From Spongospora subterranea f. sp. subterranea (taxonomy: Eukaryota), in NCBI GenBank assembly GCA_049724395.1, contig JAUGWO010000104.1, positions 62,001 to 126,000 of the forward strand: 64,000 bases of DNA, read 5' to 3'. The position numbers and the translations under genes are program-made. The notes below the pieces were generated by a model, which had not been told where the DNA came from, did not search any database, and saw only the letters and a list, made by a program, of their open reading frames with translations. Positions 1-13,017 of this stretch are shown one piece after another; the first letter of the stretch is position 1, and each line of letters starts with the position of its first letter.

Positions 1-236
1 TACGGACAAACGATACACAGGCAGGACATGCGTGACACGGTGACAGTGGAATGTCGCAGTCTCGGAACATTCCTGTTACGGAGAAACCCTCAACCCATCG
101 AGTTACACGTTTCGCTGTCTGAAAAACCACAGCCGCGCACATTTGGGCGTCGTGACGATATCGTAATGACGAAACTGCGTGACAGGTGACCCTTCCGATA
201 CACAGTGATCGCTGGGATTTATCGCCGTACACAATA

Positions 237-1032
237 ATGATCGGGACGACATTGGGTAAGGAATATCACCTATTCACCATATTCGGCATCGAAGTATGCT
301 GCGATATCGGTCTCCCCATACTCATGGCCTTCATGGCGCTCACGTCGTTGCAGCGGATGCATAGCGTCACTCTGGCTGTGATCGATGCGCTCGCCGTCGT
401 CGTCATTATCCTTGTCCATGTATTGTGATCACCTGATCTGGATCGCCGTGTGCTCTCGCTAAAATGTCCATTGGAATAACGTTTAGGAATTCGGACATGC
501 TTTAATGGCGAAATCATTCAAATTATCGCCGGGAATCCATTTGAGCTTGTTTAATGGATTCTGTCGGCATTCTGGGGAGACAACTTCATTTCGGCGATTT
601 CTGATTCTTGCTGCTGGTGGATTATCGGGAATTGCCTTTGGCCTTGCAATGCTTGGCGTTTTGTCAGCGGTTTCGACCAGATCCCTTATCTACGGGGCGC
701 TGAAAAATTGGACCTGGCAATCTATCTACGTAAACGTGGGCAACCTCGTTCTCCCTATTTATTCACTGGACGGTGGCCAAATTTTCGACATCTTTGTTAG
801 AAAATGCGTTAGCGGCCAATATCTGTGCACATGGATCGTTCATGGAACGGGGTTCATTCTGTCCTTAATCATGCTGATGCTCAGCGTAGTTTATATGAGA
901 GGAAGTTACTTTCTGGCCGCGATCGCCTTCATGCTGTTGTACGAGAATGGCCAGACGTTGGCCAATGCCATGCAAGAAAAACGTCGCCAGCGGGTGTTGA
1001 TAACATCTGGATCGTATCGAGACCACGTCTGA
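237..1032 (+). CDS. Site-2 protease (peptidase M50) intramembrane Zn-metalloprotease, 2 exons
   Basis: Removing GT-AG intron 420-486 joins ...IILVH to EFGHALMAK, giving the HEFGH (HExxH) motif. AAGG and NLVLPIYSLDGG (NxxPxxxLDG) motifs and several TM helices follow. Confidence 0.85.
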
Positions 1033-1370
1033 TGTCCGATCATGCGGATTGTACCAAACAATAATAGACAATCTCAGTAAATTCAGCAAGCGATAACCAA
1101 AAATAATTTGTCAACAGGGTGAGACCCCCGATTTTCGCAGGAGATCAACAGTTTGTTGGTGGTCAGAGGATGTCAGAGGTATCTCTTGGGTGTGTGTGGG
1201 CGGAGCCTCTCACTTTATATATACACTGGGTTAAGTCGCTCCCGCCGCTGTAGCGCCAGGAACACTGTTCGTCCCGATACGGGACAACGGCTTCCTGCAA
1301 TCTTTTCGAATTGATTTTTGGCGAAAAAATCAATCCGGGAACAACTCTATCTGGCCGGGTCGACGGTAGC

Positions 1371-3738
1371 ATGATCGTCGACGATCATGATCAAAACCCG
1401 GCATCCACGTTCAGTACTTTGGTCGTCGATCGTGCCGCTCTGGTCGTTTCATTCGCGATATTCGCGAGGTTGGCCGCTTCCGACGATGCCAGCGCCCTGA
1501 TCATCGCTTGCCCTATTTTCTGCATCCAGGCGCTGATAGCTGCTCTGCAGATGGGGAAAACCCTGTTTTCAACCAAGCGGTTTTCCTACAAACAGGTTTT
1601 ATCGATATCCTCGTCGGCGATTGCAATGTCGGCAACAGTCGTTCTATCAATATGTGGTGTACGATCGCTAGGATTGTTCAAAAGCTTAATCGTTTTCCGG
1701 TATTCCGAGTATCTCCTGGTGCTAACGCCTGCGCTAGCGATCATTCAGCAAGTTATCCCCATTGGCGCTCGTTCCTCAATCGGTTCCAGTCGGCCATTAT
1801 CAAGTCGCAAAATCAAGACCATTCTCCTGTGCATCGCCGCAGCAATGTTGATCGTTGTTTTCACCCCGTCATCTTCTGTATCATCTCTCGAGCCAGATCG
1901 TGCCGAATCCAAGCCGTCTTCATCACAAGATCCGCTGACAGGTTTGTTGTGCGCTTTCCAATCTGCGTTATGATTTGTTCATTGAATCTCTCAGATAAAG
2001 TCGAAATTGCATTAGTCGCTCTTCCAAACAACGGCGTCCTTCCAAATTTTATTGCCCTTGTTTCCCTCGTTCTGGGGTCATCGATTTCTTGCATAAACAG
2101 ACGTTTTCTCTCTGGCGGAAATAGGATCACCGGATTTTCTAGTGTCAAAAAGATGTATTCAATGTCGATTTTCTTAGCTGCGGGGGTATCGATCCCTTTG
2201 GCACTGTTCACGTGGCTGCTTCAAAGGAAAAGCAACCCGGGCGACCATCTGTCGCCAGGTCCAGGTGTTCCCCAGTTCACTCTTTATTCGATCGGTGCCA
2301 TATCGTGGTTCGTTTGCAATTCTCCCAATCGGGTAAATACTCGCGTTTTTCGTTTTCCAGCCAGAATGGGACTAAATTGGTTTTCGAACAGGTCCTGCCA
2401 GAAAGGTCAGATTCATTGCGAGGGGTATTCATCACGACCGCTTTGTCGTTCATATCATGGATGATTAGCGGTGATGGTTCGATTCATTTTTCCTCCATTC
2501 CAGTGTTCTCTTTAGCGTTTTTAGCTGCCGTGCAGCTCTCCAGCTCGTCCATGATATCTTCCGTTATGGTCCGCTACTCGCTTTCGGTCAACTTCCGTGG
2601 AATCTTTCGCCATATCATGGAGACGCAAACCACGCGCCGCATCTTCATCTTCCTTTGTCTCAATTTCTCGTTCACTATTGTCGAAATAGCCTATGGCTAT
2701 TGGAACAATAGCATTGGGCTGATCTCAGATGCAGTCCATATGCTGTTTGATTGTTCGGCGCTGTTGATAGGTTTATACGCATCATATGTTGCTCGGCTGC
2801 AACCCAACGATACTTTTCCTTATGGTTATGCAAGGTTTGAAGTTCTATCCGGTTTCATCAACGGGATCTTTCTTGTCCTTATTAGCTTCAGCATCTTTGT
2901 GGAATCTGTCGAGCGATTGTTTTTCCCTCCGGATATTGGGGGATTCGAGACACTTGTTGTTGCCGTACTCGGATTGTTGGTGAATATGGTGGGCATTCTT
3001 TTCTTTCACGATATCCATGGCCATGCACATGGTGGAAGTGGCTCTTGCGACAGCGGCCATAACAGCAACATGGAAGGGATATATCTTCACGTTGTGGCGG
3101 ATGCTCTTGGTAGTGTCGGTGTCATAATCTCGTCTTTGTGCGTCCATTTTTTCAATTGGAAAATAGCGGTAGGCATCCGTTCAATGCCGGTTATCTGTCT
3201 GCATTAGCTGAGCAGCATCACAGGACCCTATATGCTCCTTAGTCATTGCAGTCCTGATATTTATTAGCGTTTTCAGTTTGCTTAAGGAATCGTCGCTGAT
3301 TTTGCTGCAACGAGTGCCAGCAGGATTAGAGCACCGTGCATCTAAAGCTTTAAATGACGTCGCTTCTATCAAAGGCGTCGTTGGCTACAGAGATTTTCGA
3401 TTGTGAGGTCGTATGTAACAAAGAAAAACGTTGGATCAGTCTGCGTACATATCGACGAAAGCGCCGATTGCAATGACATGCTGTCGAAGTTCAAAAATAT
3501 TTTCCGGAATCTGGGTATTGGTCAAATGACAATTCAAGTGGAAAAAGAAGAGTTTGTCAGTAAATTGGATCCAGAGACCAGAACTAGGTATCATGGTTTT
3601 GATCCGACTCTCGATACGTTGGAGATGGTGAGTGGGGACTGCAGTGACCACGATGGGCATTCACATTCTCATGGCGCTGCTCATTCACATAGCCATGGCG
3701 CTACCCATTCACACAGCCATGGCGATGCGCATTCCTGA
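1371..3738 (+). CDS. CDF zinc transporter, ZnT5/ZnT7/Msc2-like, multi-exon, with an apparent 2-nt frameshift at ~3406
   Basis: Motifs SIGLISDAVHMLFD, FPYGYARFEVLSGFING, His-rich loop, NMEGIYLHVVADALGSVG and DPICSLVIA; extra N-terminal TM region; His-rich tail. Confidence 0.88.
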
Positions 3739-3859
3739 TTCTTTCTATTTCATCTATGCTATTATTCATGAACTTTATTCATCATATTTATAATGTCATC
3801 ATACATATCAATTTTCATCTGTGTTGCCTGTGTCACAATATTTGGCAGATAATCAATTA

Positions 3860-6800
3860 TCACGACTTTATCGGGGCCTGTATTGATGCATTCTGCGTGA
3901 TACGGATGGTACGCCGACTTGGGAAGAAGAACAACCTTGGAACATCACCTTGCAACATGAACCGGAAACGATTCAGCGTATAAACGCCGGGATGGGTAAA
4001 ACACGCATCAAGCTGAAACGAGATGCTTCCATTGGCATCTAGATCAAATCAAACACACCGTTAGCTAGAAACGAGACGCGGTGGAGGGGCGAATATTGCT
4101 ACCAAGCTTAGTTCCGGTCTTTTTAGTTAAGCCTGACCAAAAATATCTACCTCTGGCACATGACGTTGTGACCGTTTGAAATTGTCGCGTCCTGAAGAAA
4201 ATTAGAAAAAACCATTTTCTGGGCCTTGAAATTACTCTGGGTCGAAAACTGTTTCCGGCGATAGAGTCTCGAAGTCAAAAATTAGCGATTTGGGGCTGCT
4301 ATTACAGATGGCGATAGTGACAGGAACGAACATTAGCCTGAATAATATTTAAACGAGCCCATACTTGATACGAGTTTCAACTTACAAATTTGCAGAAAAA
4401 TCATGGACTGCAATGTCAGCGAAGTCGACAGTTATTCGAAAAGGGCAATTTGAAGCTTCACTGGCAGGGGATAGGTCAACAGGTAGTTCTGAGACGCCGG
4501 AGCGAGTTCCATTTTCGCACGACCAATGACATGATAGACGGTGCCCTCTTGATGACAATTCCATGAATTCTATACAGATTCCATCTCATTCATAAGACAA
4601 TATGTGAGAAACAAGAACAGCACACAAAAACAGTCGAATAAAACTGCAACATGAACTATCAAAATGAGATGGAACAAATCTTAGGAAGGCATAGAAAGGG
4701 ATTAACGATCGACACAAAAACTGAAGGCAGTACCTGACGAAATGGTTTCATCAGAACGAATCTGGGGAACGGCGCGCGCAATTAGATTGGTGGAACTGCT
4801 GCGTTCCACTCCGGTTGTCACAAGACCAATCGTCTCGAGTGTATAAGGTCGCGAGCCAGTACTGAAGACACAAAAATGTTTATGAACCGAAGAAACAGCA
4901 GTGCAAACTATGAAAAAAAAACAAATTCAGAGACAAAAACGGAAATATCGTTGCAAAAACATTACACTCGATAGAAAACCACATTACCCATTGATGAGCA
5001 CGATCTTGCCTAGATCGAAATAAGTGGAATCGCTGATGTTGCTAGCGGTTATTTCCATGGTGTGATTCAACGTGTGCTCAGTTGACGGACGCATTGCGAC
5101 GCTGAATTGCAGGGATGGCATTACGTTCAATGTTTCAGTTGTGCTTGTGGTCCGAAATTCAAGTGACTGTTTTGCCCCTGTCGAATACCGCAAGAGTAGG
5201 CGAACTTTACATGCTCCCATTGTATACCCAAAAACAGCAGCGGTGTACACGCTCCTAAATATGGAGAAGATTAATGTCGACAACATAACCCACACCTTTA
5301 CAAAAACCTACGTTCCTGGTGGCAGCATCATCTTTGTCAGATCCTCGCTAATATTAATTGATCGGGAATCCGAAATGTGCAGTTGAGCAGGGACAGCAAC
5401 GTCACTTGTTACCGTTATCTGTAACAAGACCTGACGCTGCTCGCAAAAAAAAAGCGAATCAGGAAATGCTTCAAATTGCATTGTCACAAGTGGCAGCGTC
5501 GGCTGAAAGTCGGCAAACTGTTCAAAATTACATGAATCACCAATCGACTGCGAGATTGAAAGCAATACCTGTAGTTCTGGTATTATAGGCAATGGAACAC
5601 GCCAGAGAGTGGAAGGGCGAAAGCCACGCTGGAGCCAACGCTTGATACGAGGCAGTTGAGTGGCAGAAGATATGCCTGAAGATTGAATGTTGCTTATAAG
5701 AGGGAGAACGGTTAACAACATTTGGATGAAGACAGAAGATAACGAAAATAGGCAAAACGAATACCATTGAAAGACTCCGATAATGGAGAAGAAGCCCGAA
5801 TTACATCCAGCATAGTCCAACAGAGGCCGTGGATAAGGAATCTGCCGGGAACGCTACAAGACACGGTCAGCACGATTGTCTGCGATTCTGAACCGTCCAG
5901 CGACAAGTCGTGCTCAGATACGGAGATCCCTTCCTAACGAAACAGTTTCAGCAGACAAAGTACACAACAAAAATATGAAAAGAACACTAAGTACCACTGA
6001 CGAAAAAACTGACTGAGAGTTGTGAACAAATTCACATGAAAAACGGCTCAAAAAAGCAATAGCCATTGAAGAATACTATCAATTTATGCGAAAACGGAAC
6101 TGCATGAAAACGAACAAATTAGGACAAATTATGCTGTACAAATATAACTTCTCTACATTATTCACACAATCAAAAACATCACAGAATACCGTAATCACCA
6201 ACGGCGCAATAAAAAAACAAGTAATGCTGTACGAACATGACTTTCCGAGCCATCAACTGTGCAATTTAAACGCAATCGAGACAGTTCCAGTGGGATGGCG
6301 AGAGGGTTTTGCAACCGACAGCGGATAGATATGGAGGTTCCCGTTGGCACTATCTGCGACCAGAAACACAAAGTCCAGCACAACGAAAGATCTATTTTGC
6401 AAAGTAAGTACAGGAAAACTAGTAGACAATTTTCCGTAGATATACCGAAACGCGAATACAGTTGCGGTTGCAACCAAATACTTTCTTCAATCATGTCCGG
6501 CAAGGTCAGACGATCTCCGATTACGAATTCCTCTACGATGATACGGGGAATGTCAAGCCTGAAGGTTAGACAAAGAAACGATCAAAAGAAGACACCGCGC
6601 TGATTCGCATAATAGACAGTAAGCACTCGCTGCAAATCAATGGAGTTCCAAAATATGATTATTAATCGTAGCAGTGTAACATTTTCACCCTGACTTTCGA
6701 AGAATGAAACTGCATAAAACACACGTTGATAACGCTTTTTTTTAGACTTGTAAAAAAGATTAAATGGTGACAATGACTCGAATAAATATTTAAACATTTT

Positions 6801-9371
6801 AACAAATTATAACACTTGCGGCTTCAGGCTGCAGTTGGCCATCAAACATGCTGAAATTGACATTGGAATTGATACTCGAACCATACTTAAAAGTCTGATC
6901 GATGCGTCCTGAGCGTTTGGCGACGATTACAAATTCTTTCAAAAGCGTGTCTTGTCGTTGCCGTCCGCCGCCGACTAACGATGTGTATTGCGACAAAGAC
7001 GCATCGTAATCCCCGGTATTGAAAAATTCACGACCCAGTTTAAACCGAATGTGGTCCTCGATATGGAGCCATGATCTAAGAAAAATTACTTATAGCCAAG
7101 AATATACAAAAAGGTGTAAAACAAATGTGCAAAACAAACTGATAAAGCGCGCAAGAAAACCCTTTTAAAACCGCCATTACCTTCCTTGATACACGGCAAA
7201 TGCTTGCTTGTAACATCGAATAGCATGCATTCTATGGGATAACTTTTGATAAAGATGCCCAGCGCGAATCATATGGAGCGCATATTGTCGATATAAGGGG
7301 GGGCGAGCACACAGAAAAGCGAATGCGGTCTGTTCCAGCAATATTGCAGCTACACAGAAACGAGAGTCAATTAGCTTTATGGTATCGTTAATCGATATGA
7401 GACAAATTATTGCAGTTAAAAAAACGTTCTTGATGAGTTGTTTTAACTGATGTTCAAGCAAGAGGTAATCGAGAACCGGGTAGAATTGATGCCAACGAGA
7501 TGAGTACCTAAATCAGTGTCGTCTTTGGATCCGATTCTCAGCAGAAGCGATGCAGCAGACCTGGACAGCGCAGGGAGTGTGCGCGCAAGCAAACCGGCAT
7601 AGCACGCCACTCGCACGGCGCAAGCATATCGTGAATCGCTTAAATAAGCATGCACTGCTGCATCCAGACTGGTTTCGATGTCACGAAGACTAAATTTGTC
7701 TAAGATACAACGAAAACGTCAAGCAAAATTTGAAGTACCTGATCGACGGAGGTGGCATCGTTACGCCGATCCCGGAACGGTTCTGATTGCTTGAGCTGAG
7801 AATGGCAGCACAAATGGCAACACCAGTTTCAGCATGAGCATATTCAATCCGTAATCGATCCTTGCTGCGACAATCGTTGGCATACATGCGGTAATGTTCT
7901 AGCGCTAACGGAATATCCCCTATTATGTAAGCGTAATCCGCCAACTAATAGGCACCGAAAGAACATATCAACAACCGGTGTCGACTAAAAGCCGAAATTA
8001 TAGCACAAGCTTAGCAGATGTCTAGTTCACGAAAGAGCAAAATATAGTACACGGAAGGAAGCTCAGCACTGTCACAACGATATGCATAGACTTGTAAAAA
8101 GACAATTACCTGTCGGGTTTGAATTTCTATAGACGTTGTCGGCGTGTAACCAGAGTCTACCACGCACACTGAGCTTCAGCAATTGCATGCAGGACCATTA
8201 AAATGAAGATACCTGGTCTTGATGTGGGTTTTCGAGCCCCAAAAAAACTCTTCAGTTGATTTCGAAAACCTGAAACGGGACGAATGTTCAGGGCTTGAGA
8301 ATACCCCTAAAATCTGGCGTTGCGCGAAACCAAAAAAACGCAAGCTCTTATATGCGAAAAAAAAATCTCAGTTAACCTGAACAAACCTTTTCTGATGGTC
8401 GAAATTGAAGTGTTGAGGGCACGAATTCGAAATTCAAGGTCAGGAAGAACCAGTAATGTCAGCAGATCGAAGACGAAGCTGTTGACAGCGGGACTGGGGA
8501 CATTAGGAGAAAGCGTCGATAGATCCAACGAAAGAATTGTGCAAAGGCTTGGATGAAATACCGACTGCATTGCTTCAAATGTTGGTTTTGCTTGAGCACC
8601 ACCAAGAACTGGATCGGAAAGCAACACGTACTTCATCTGCAAGGTACGAACAGTAGTTTGAAAGCGCTGGGCGGTGTGGACATGATATTTACCGGTATCT
8701 GCATATCTGGTGATAACTGAAAATAATCATAGGACTCGGACATAACGTCTTTCCGTAACTCTTTGAAAAGCTCAATTGGATTAGGTTCTTCCTATTAAGT
8801 AATTTAGAGTTAGAGGTCAAATATGCCAGAATGGGGGCTTGCTAATACCAACGAACCTCGGAAACAACACAAACGCAGCAAAACGGTTCATGGATGAACT
8901 GGGCAGGATTAAACATGAGCGCATCATCAAGATCGCTAAGAAATTCCGTAAACCAAGGTGTCGGATCTGGAACTCTTTTGAAAAAGCATCAGCAGCATCG
9001 GCGCCTTCGCGTACTGGGGTGCCAGCGTCGAAATTTGGGTGCTCTACTAAGGCCGGGATGACGGCGGGGCTGGGTGTCGTAAAAACGCGAGATATCGGAA
9101 TACATCGGACAGATATACTTTCCAATGGAAATGATCGGGTTGCTGAATGAAATGTACGTCCTACAAAGCGAATATATTTCAGATTGCAGTATATCCGGTC
9201 ATATATCGGATAATCAAGAAGGAATGGCAACAGCCCAGAGGGGAAAATAATACCAATAGTGTAAGTTGTGGACCCTTGGAAGGCAAGAGAGGGCGTTACG
9301 GATCGGGACTGCAGCTTCTGGGACACGACTTCGGACAATGCCAAGCCGATGACCACGATGCCCTGATCCAT
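3860..9371 (-). CDS. TRAPPC8: TRAPP III subunit TRAPPC8/Trs85, many exons
   Basis: Exons translate to ADYAYIIGDIPLALEHY, AAILLEQTAFAFL..YRQYALHMIRAGHLYQK..HAIRCYKQA, WLHIEDHIRFKLGR and C-terminal ACFTHPGVYTL. Internal exon borders not fully resolved. Confidence 0.85.
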
Positions 9372-9548
9372 GGCGAAACGGTGTCTGCGTCCCTGGCTAA
9401 CCCCTGATCCGGGCCAGTAGCGATCGCGGCTCCTATGATCGTGCCCGTTAAGTTGTCATATAGCCACGGCTTACTCCGCTCTGATGCAATCCCATAGAGC
9501 GAATCAGCGATTGTGGCTCTTGAACTCGTGCGATTATTGTCCGCCTAT

Positions 9549-11822
9549 TGTTACCACTGGAGTATTCATTACCACTGCAGTAGCAGGACAGTGTCGCCAG
9601 CACTCATTTGAATCGAATCACTGGAGCCACTGCAGTAGCAGGACAGTGTCGCCAGCACTCATTTGAATCGAATCACTGGAGCCACTGCAGTAGCAGGACA
9701 GTGTCGCCAGCACTCATTTGAATCGAATCACTGGAGTATTCATTACCACTGCAGTAGCAGGCCAGTGTCGCCAGCACTCATTTGAATCGAATCACTGGAG
9801 TATTCATTACCACTGCAGTCAAAGCAGGACAGTGTCGCCAGCACTCATTTGAATCGAATCACTGGAGTATTCATTACCACTGCAGTAGCAGGCCAGTGTC
9901 GCCAGCACTCATTTGAATCGAATCACTGGAGTATTCATTACCACTGCAGTAGCAGGACAGTGTCGCCAGCACCCATTTGAATCGAATCACTGGAGTATTC
10001 ATTACCACTGCAGTAGCAGGACAGTGTCGCCAGCACTCATTTGAATCGAATCACTGGAGTATTCATTACCACTGCAGTAGCAGGCCAGTGTCGCCAGCAC
10101 TCATTTGAATCGAATCACTGGAGTATTCATTACCACTGCAGTAGCAGGACAGTGTCGCCAGCACCCATTTGAATCGAATCACTGGAGTATTCATTACCAC
10201 TGCAGTAGCAGGACAGTGTCGCCAGCACTCATTTGAATCGAATCACTGGAGTATTCATTACCACTGCAGTAGCAGGACAGTGTCGCCAGCACTCATTTGA
10301 ATCGAATCACTGGAGTATTCATTACCACTGCAGTAGCAGGACAGTGTCGCCAGCACTCATTTGAATCGAATCACTGGAGTATTCATTACCACTGCAGTAG
10401 CAGGACAGTGTCGCCAGCACTCATTTGAATCGAATCACTGGAGTATTCATTACCACTGCAGTAGCAGGACAGTGTCGCCAGCACCCGAATCACTGGAGTA
10501 TTCATTACCACTGCAGTAGCAGGACAGTGTCGCCAGCACTCATTTGAATCGAATCACTGGAGTATTCATTACCACTGCAGTAGCAGGACAGTGTCGCCAG
10601 CACTCATTTGAATCGAATCACTGGAGTATTCATTACCACTGCAGTAGCAGGACAGTGTCGCCAGCACTCATCGAATCACTGGAGTATTCATTACCACTGC
10701 AGTAGCAGGACAGTGTCGCCAGCACTCATTTGAATCGAATCACTGGAGTATTCATTACCACTGCAGTAGCAGGACAGTGTCGCCAGCACCCATTTGAATC
10801 GAATCACTGGAGTATTCATTACCACTGCAGTAGCAGGACAGTGTCGCCAGCACTCATTTGAATCGAATCACTGGAGTATTCATTACCACTGCAGTAGCAG
10901 GACAGTGTCGCCAGCACTCATTTGAATCGAATCACTGGAGTATTCATTACCACTGCAGTAGCAGGACAGTGTCGCCAGCACCCATTTGAATCGAATCACT
11001 GGAGTATTCATTACCACTGCAGTAGCAGGACAGTGTCGCCAGCACCCATTTGAATCGAATCACTGGAGTATTCATTACCACTGCAGTAGCAGGACAGTGT
11101 CGCCAGCACCCATTTGAATCGAATCACTGGAGTATTCATTACCACTGCAGTAGCAGGACAGTGTCGCCAGCACCCATTTGAATCGAATCACTGGAGTATT
11201 CATTACCACTGCAGTAGCAGGACAGTGTCGCCAGCACCCATTTGAATCGAATCACTGGAGTATTCATTACCACTGCAGTAGCAGGACAGTGTCGCCAGCA
11301 CTCATTTGAATCGAATCACTGGAGTATTCATTACCACTGCAGTAGCAGGACAGTGTCGCCAGCACTCAATCGAATCACTGGAGTATTCATTACCACTGCA
11401 GTAGCAGGACAGTGTCGCCAGCACTCATTTGAATCGAATCACTGGAGTATTCATTACCACTGCAGTAGCAGGACAGTGTCGCCAGCACTCATTTGAATCG
11501 AATCACTGGAGTATTCATTACCACTGCAGTAGCAGGACAGTGTCGCCAGCACCCATTTGAATCGAATCACTGGAGTATTCATTACCACTGCAGTAGCAGG
11601 ACAGTGTCGCCAGCACTCATTTGAATCGAATCACTGGAGTATTCATTACCACTGCAGTAGCAGGACAGTGTCGCCAGCACCCATTTGAATCGAATCACTG
11701 GAGTATTCATTACCACTGCAGTAGCAGGACAGTGTCGCCAGCACCCATTTGAATCGAATCACTGGAGTATTCATTACCACTGCAGTAGCAGGACCGTGTC
11801 GCCAGCACCCATTTGAATCGAT
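9549..11822. repeat. Tandem satellite, 64-bp unit, about 36 copies
   Basis: Unit CCACTGCAGTAGCAGGACAGTGTCGCCAGCACTCATTTGAATCGAATCACTGGAGTATTCATTA repeated head-to-tail with few SNPs or short deletions and no unique spacers. Confidence 0.98.
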
Positions 11823-11912
11823 CATTCTACTGGAACTATTTCGATGAGCGTATTGCTATTGAACGACGATATTTGCAAATGTCGTATTCGTGATAATATT
11901 TAATCAACTAAA

Positions 11913-12455
11913 TTAGGAAGAACCGTAGATATTCCGGCCAGCAGATAATAAGATGGCGCTAATGTAGATTAGAAATGACTGCAATACAATCGAAATTCCT
12001 GGCCACGAGACAATCTCCGCGTTTTCAGCACCTGAATACTTTGTGATCAATACAAACCTGTCAGAACATGTTAGCTAAACTACTTGCATGCGGTGAAGGT
12101 GTTGTACGTACATTCCTAGGATTAACGACCCTGTAAAAATGGCCACTGACACGAGAAACCAGAACCTCGCTTGCGTCACCTCAACTCCTCCAAAAACACT
12201 CCCGCGAAGGGACTCAAAGTCAATGCCAATCAAAATTCTTGGTGAACAGCAGTAAATAATGATGATATAAATTGAAACGAATGCTTACATTGCCGCCAAT
12301 GTTGACATGATGCCAGGAAGCGCAAAGTACCATAAGATGGGCTGTGAGATACTAGCGCCATAGGAGGCACCGTCGATAAAAAGCCACCAACCAAGGCCAC
12401 AGAGGGCTCCGGCGGTTCCACACATAGCTTGAATCTTTCCACCTCCATTACTCAT
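11913..12455 (-). CDS. Vps68/TMEM50 (UPF0220) membrane protein, 3 exons
   Basis: ATG at 12455, in a frame not shown in the ORF track, gives MSNGGGKIQAMCGTAGALCGLGWWLFIDGA..WYFALPGIMSTL, then ARFWFLVSV and WPGISIVLQSFLIYISAILL. Confidence 0.8.
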
Positions 12456-13017
12456 TGCTTAGGTAGATGAACGAACGACCCACTTTACACTCGACTGGAC
12501 TTCTCACTTGACATTTGACCCGGCAAAATTGTATCGACAGATCACGCAGTTTTTTTTATGAAGTTGGAACTGTTTTCGGTGATGGAGATCGCATTGATAA
12601 TGTGCATCAACTCGAAAGCAGAGTAGTAATCACGTATCTTGTCTATCCCTCTCAATCAACCTCAGAAAACCAACGTGTCAACAGCAACGTTAGCTCTGAC
12701 GTGAAATTAGCTCCGAGTGAAAACGTAAATTTTGTACCGCGCCGAGTAATCACCCGTGCCCCTGTTCGCCGATCTGGAATCGCATGGCCAACGCGATACA
12801 GTCGGGTGGTGCTCCTCAAGGGACAGGAAACCCATTTGTGGACTGCCTCTTCACCGATCACTGATCACTCATCAGTAACGTTACACGGGGCAGGGCAGGT
12901 CCATCTCAAAAATTGCGCTCTATAGTCCTAATCAGTGCTGGGACCTGGGAAGCCGATTAATTCATTATTGGTTCTGTTCGCGGCTGAGGCGACCACAATA
13001 CCTGTTTCCGCACCGGC

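Noticed and set aside
9549..11822. CRISPR array (also considered for the 68-bp and 42-bp arrays and 45366-45705)
   Set aside because: Units are contiguous with no unique spacers, there are no cas genes, and the context is eukaryotic.
12230..12448. ORF MEVERFKL as the gene product
   Set aside because: Wrong frame; the frame from ATG 12455 gives the Vps68 motifs.
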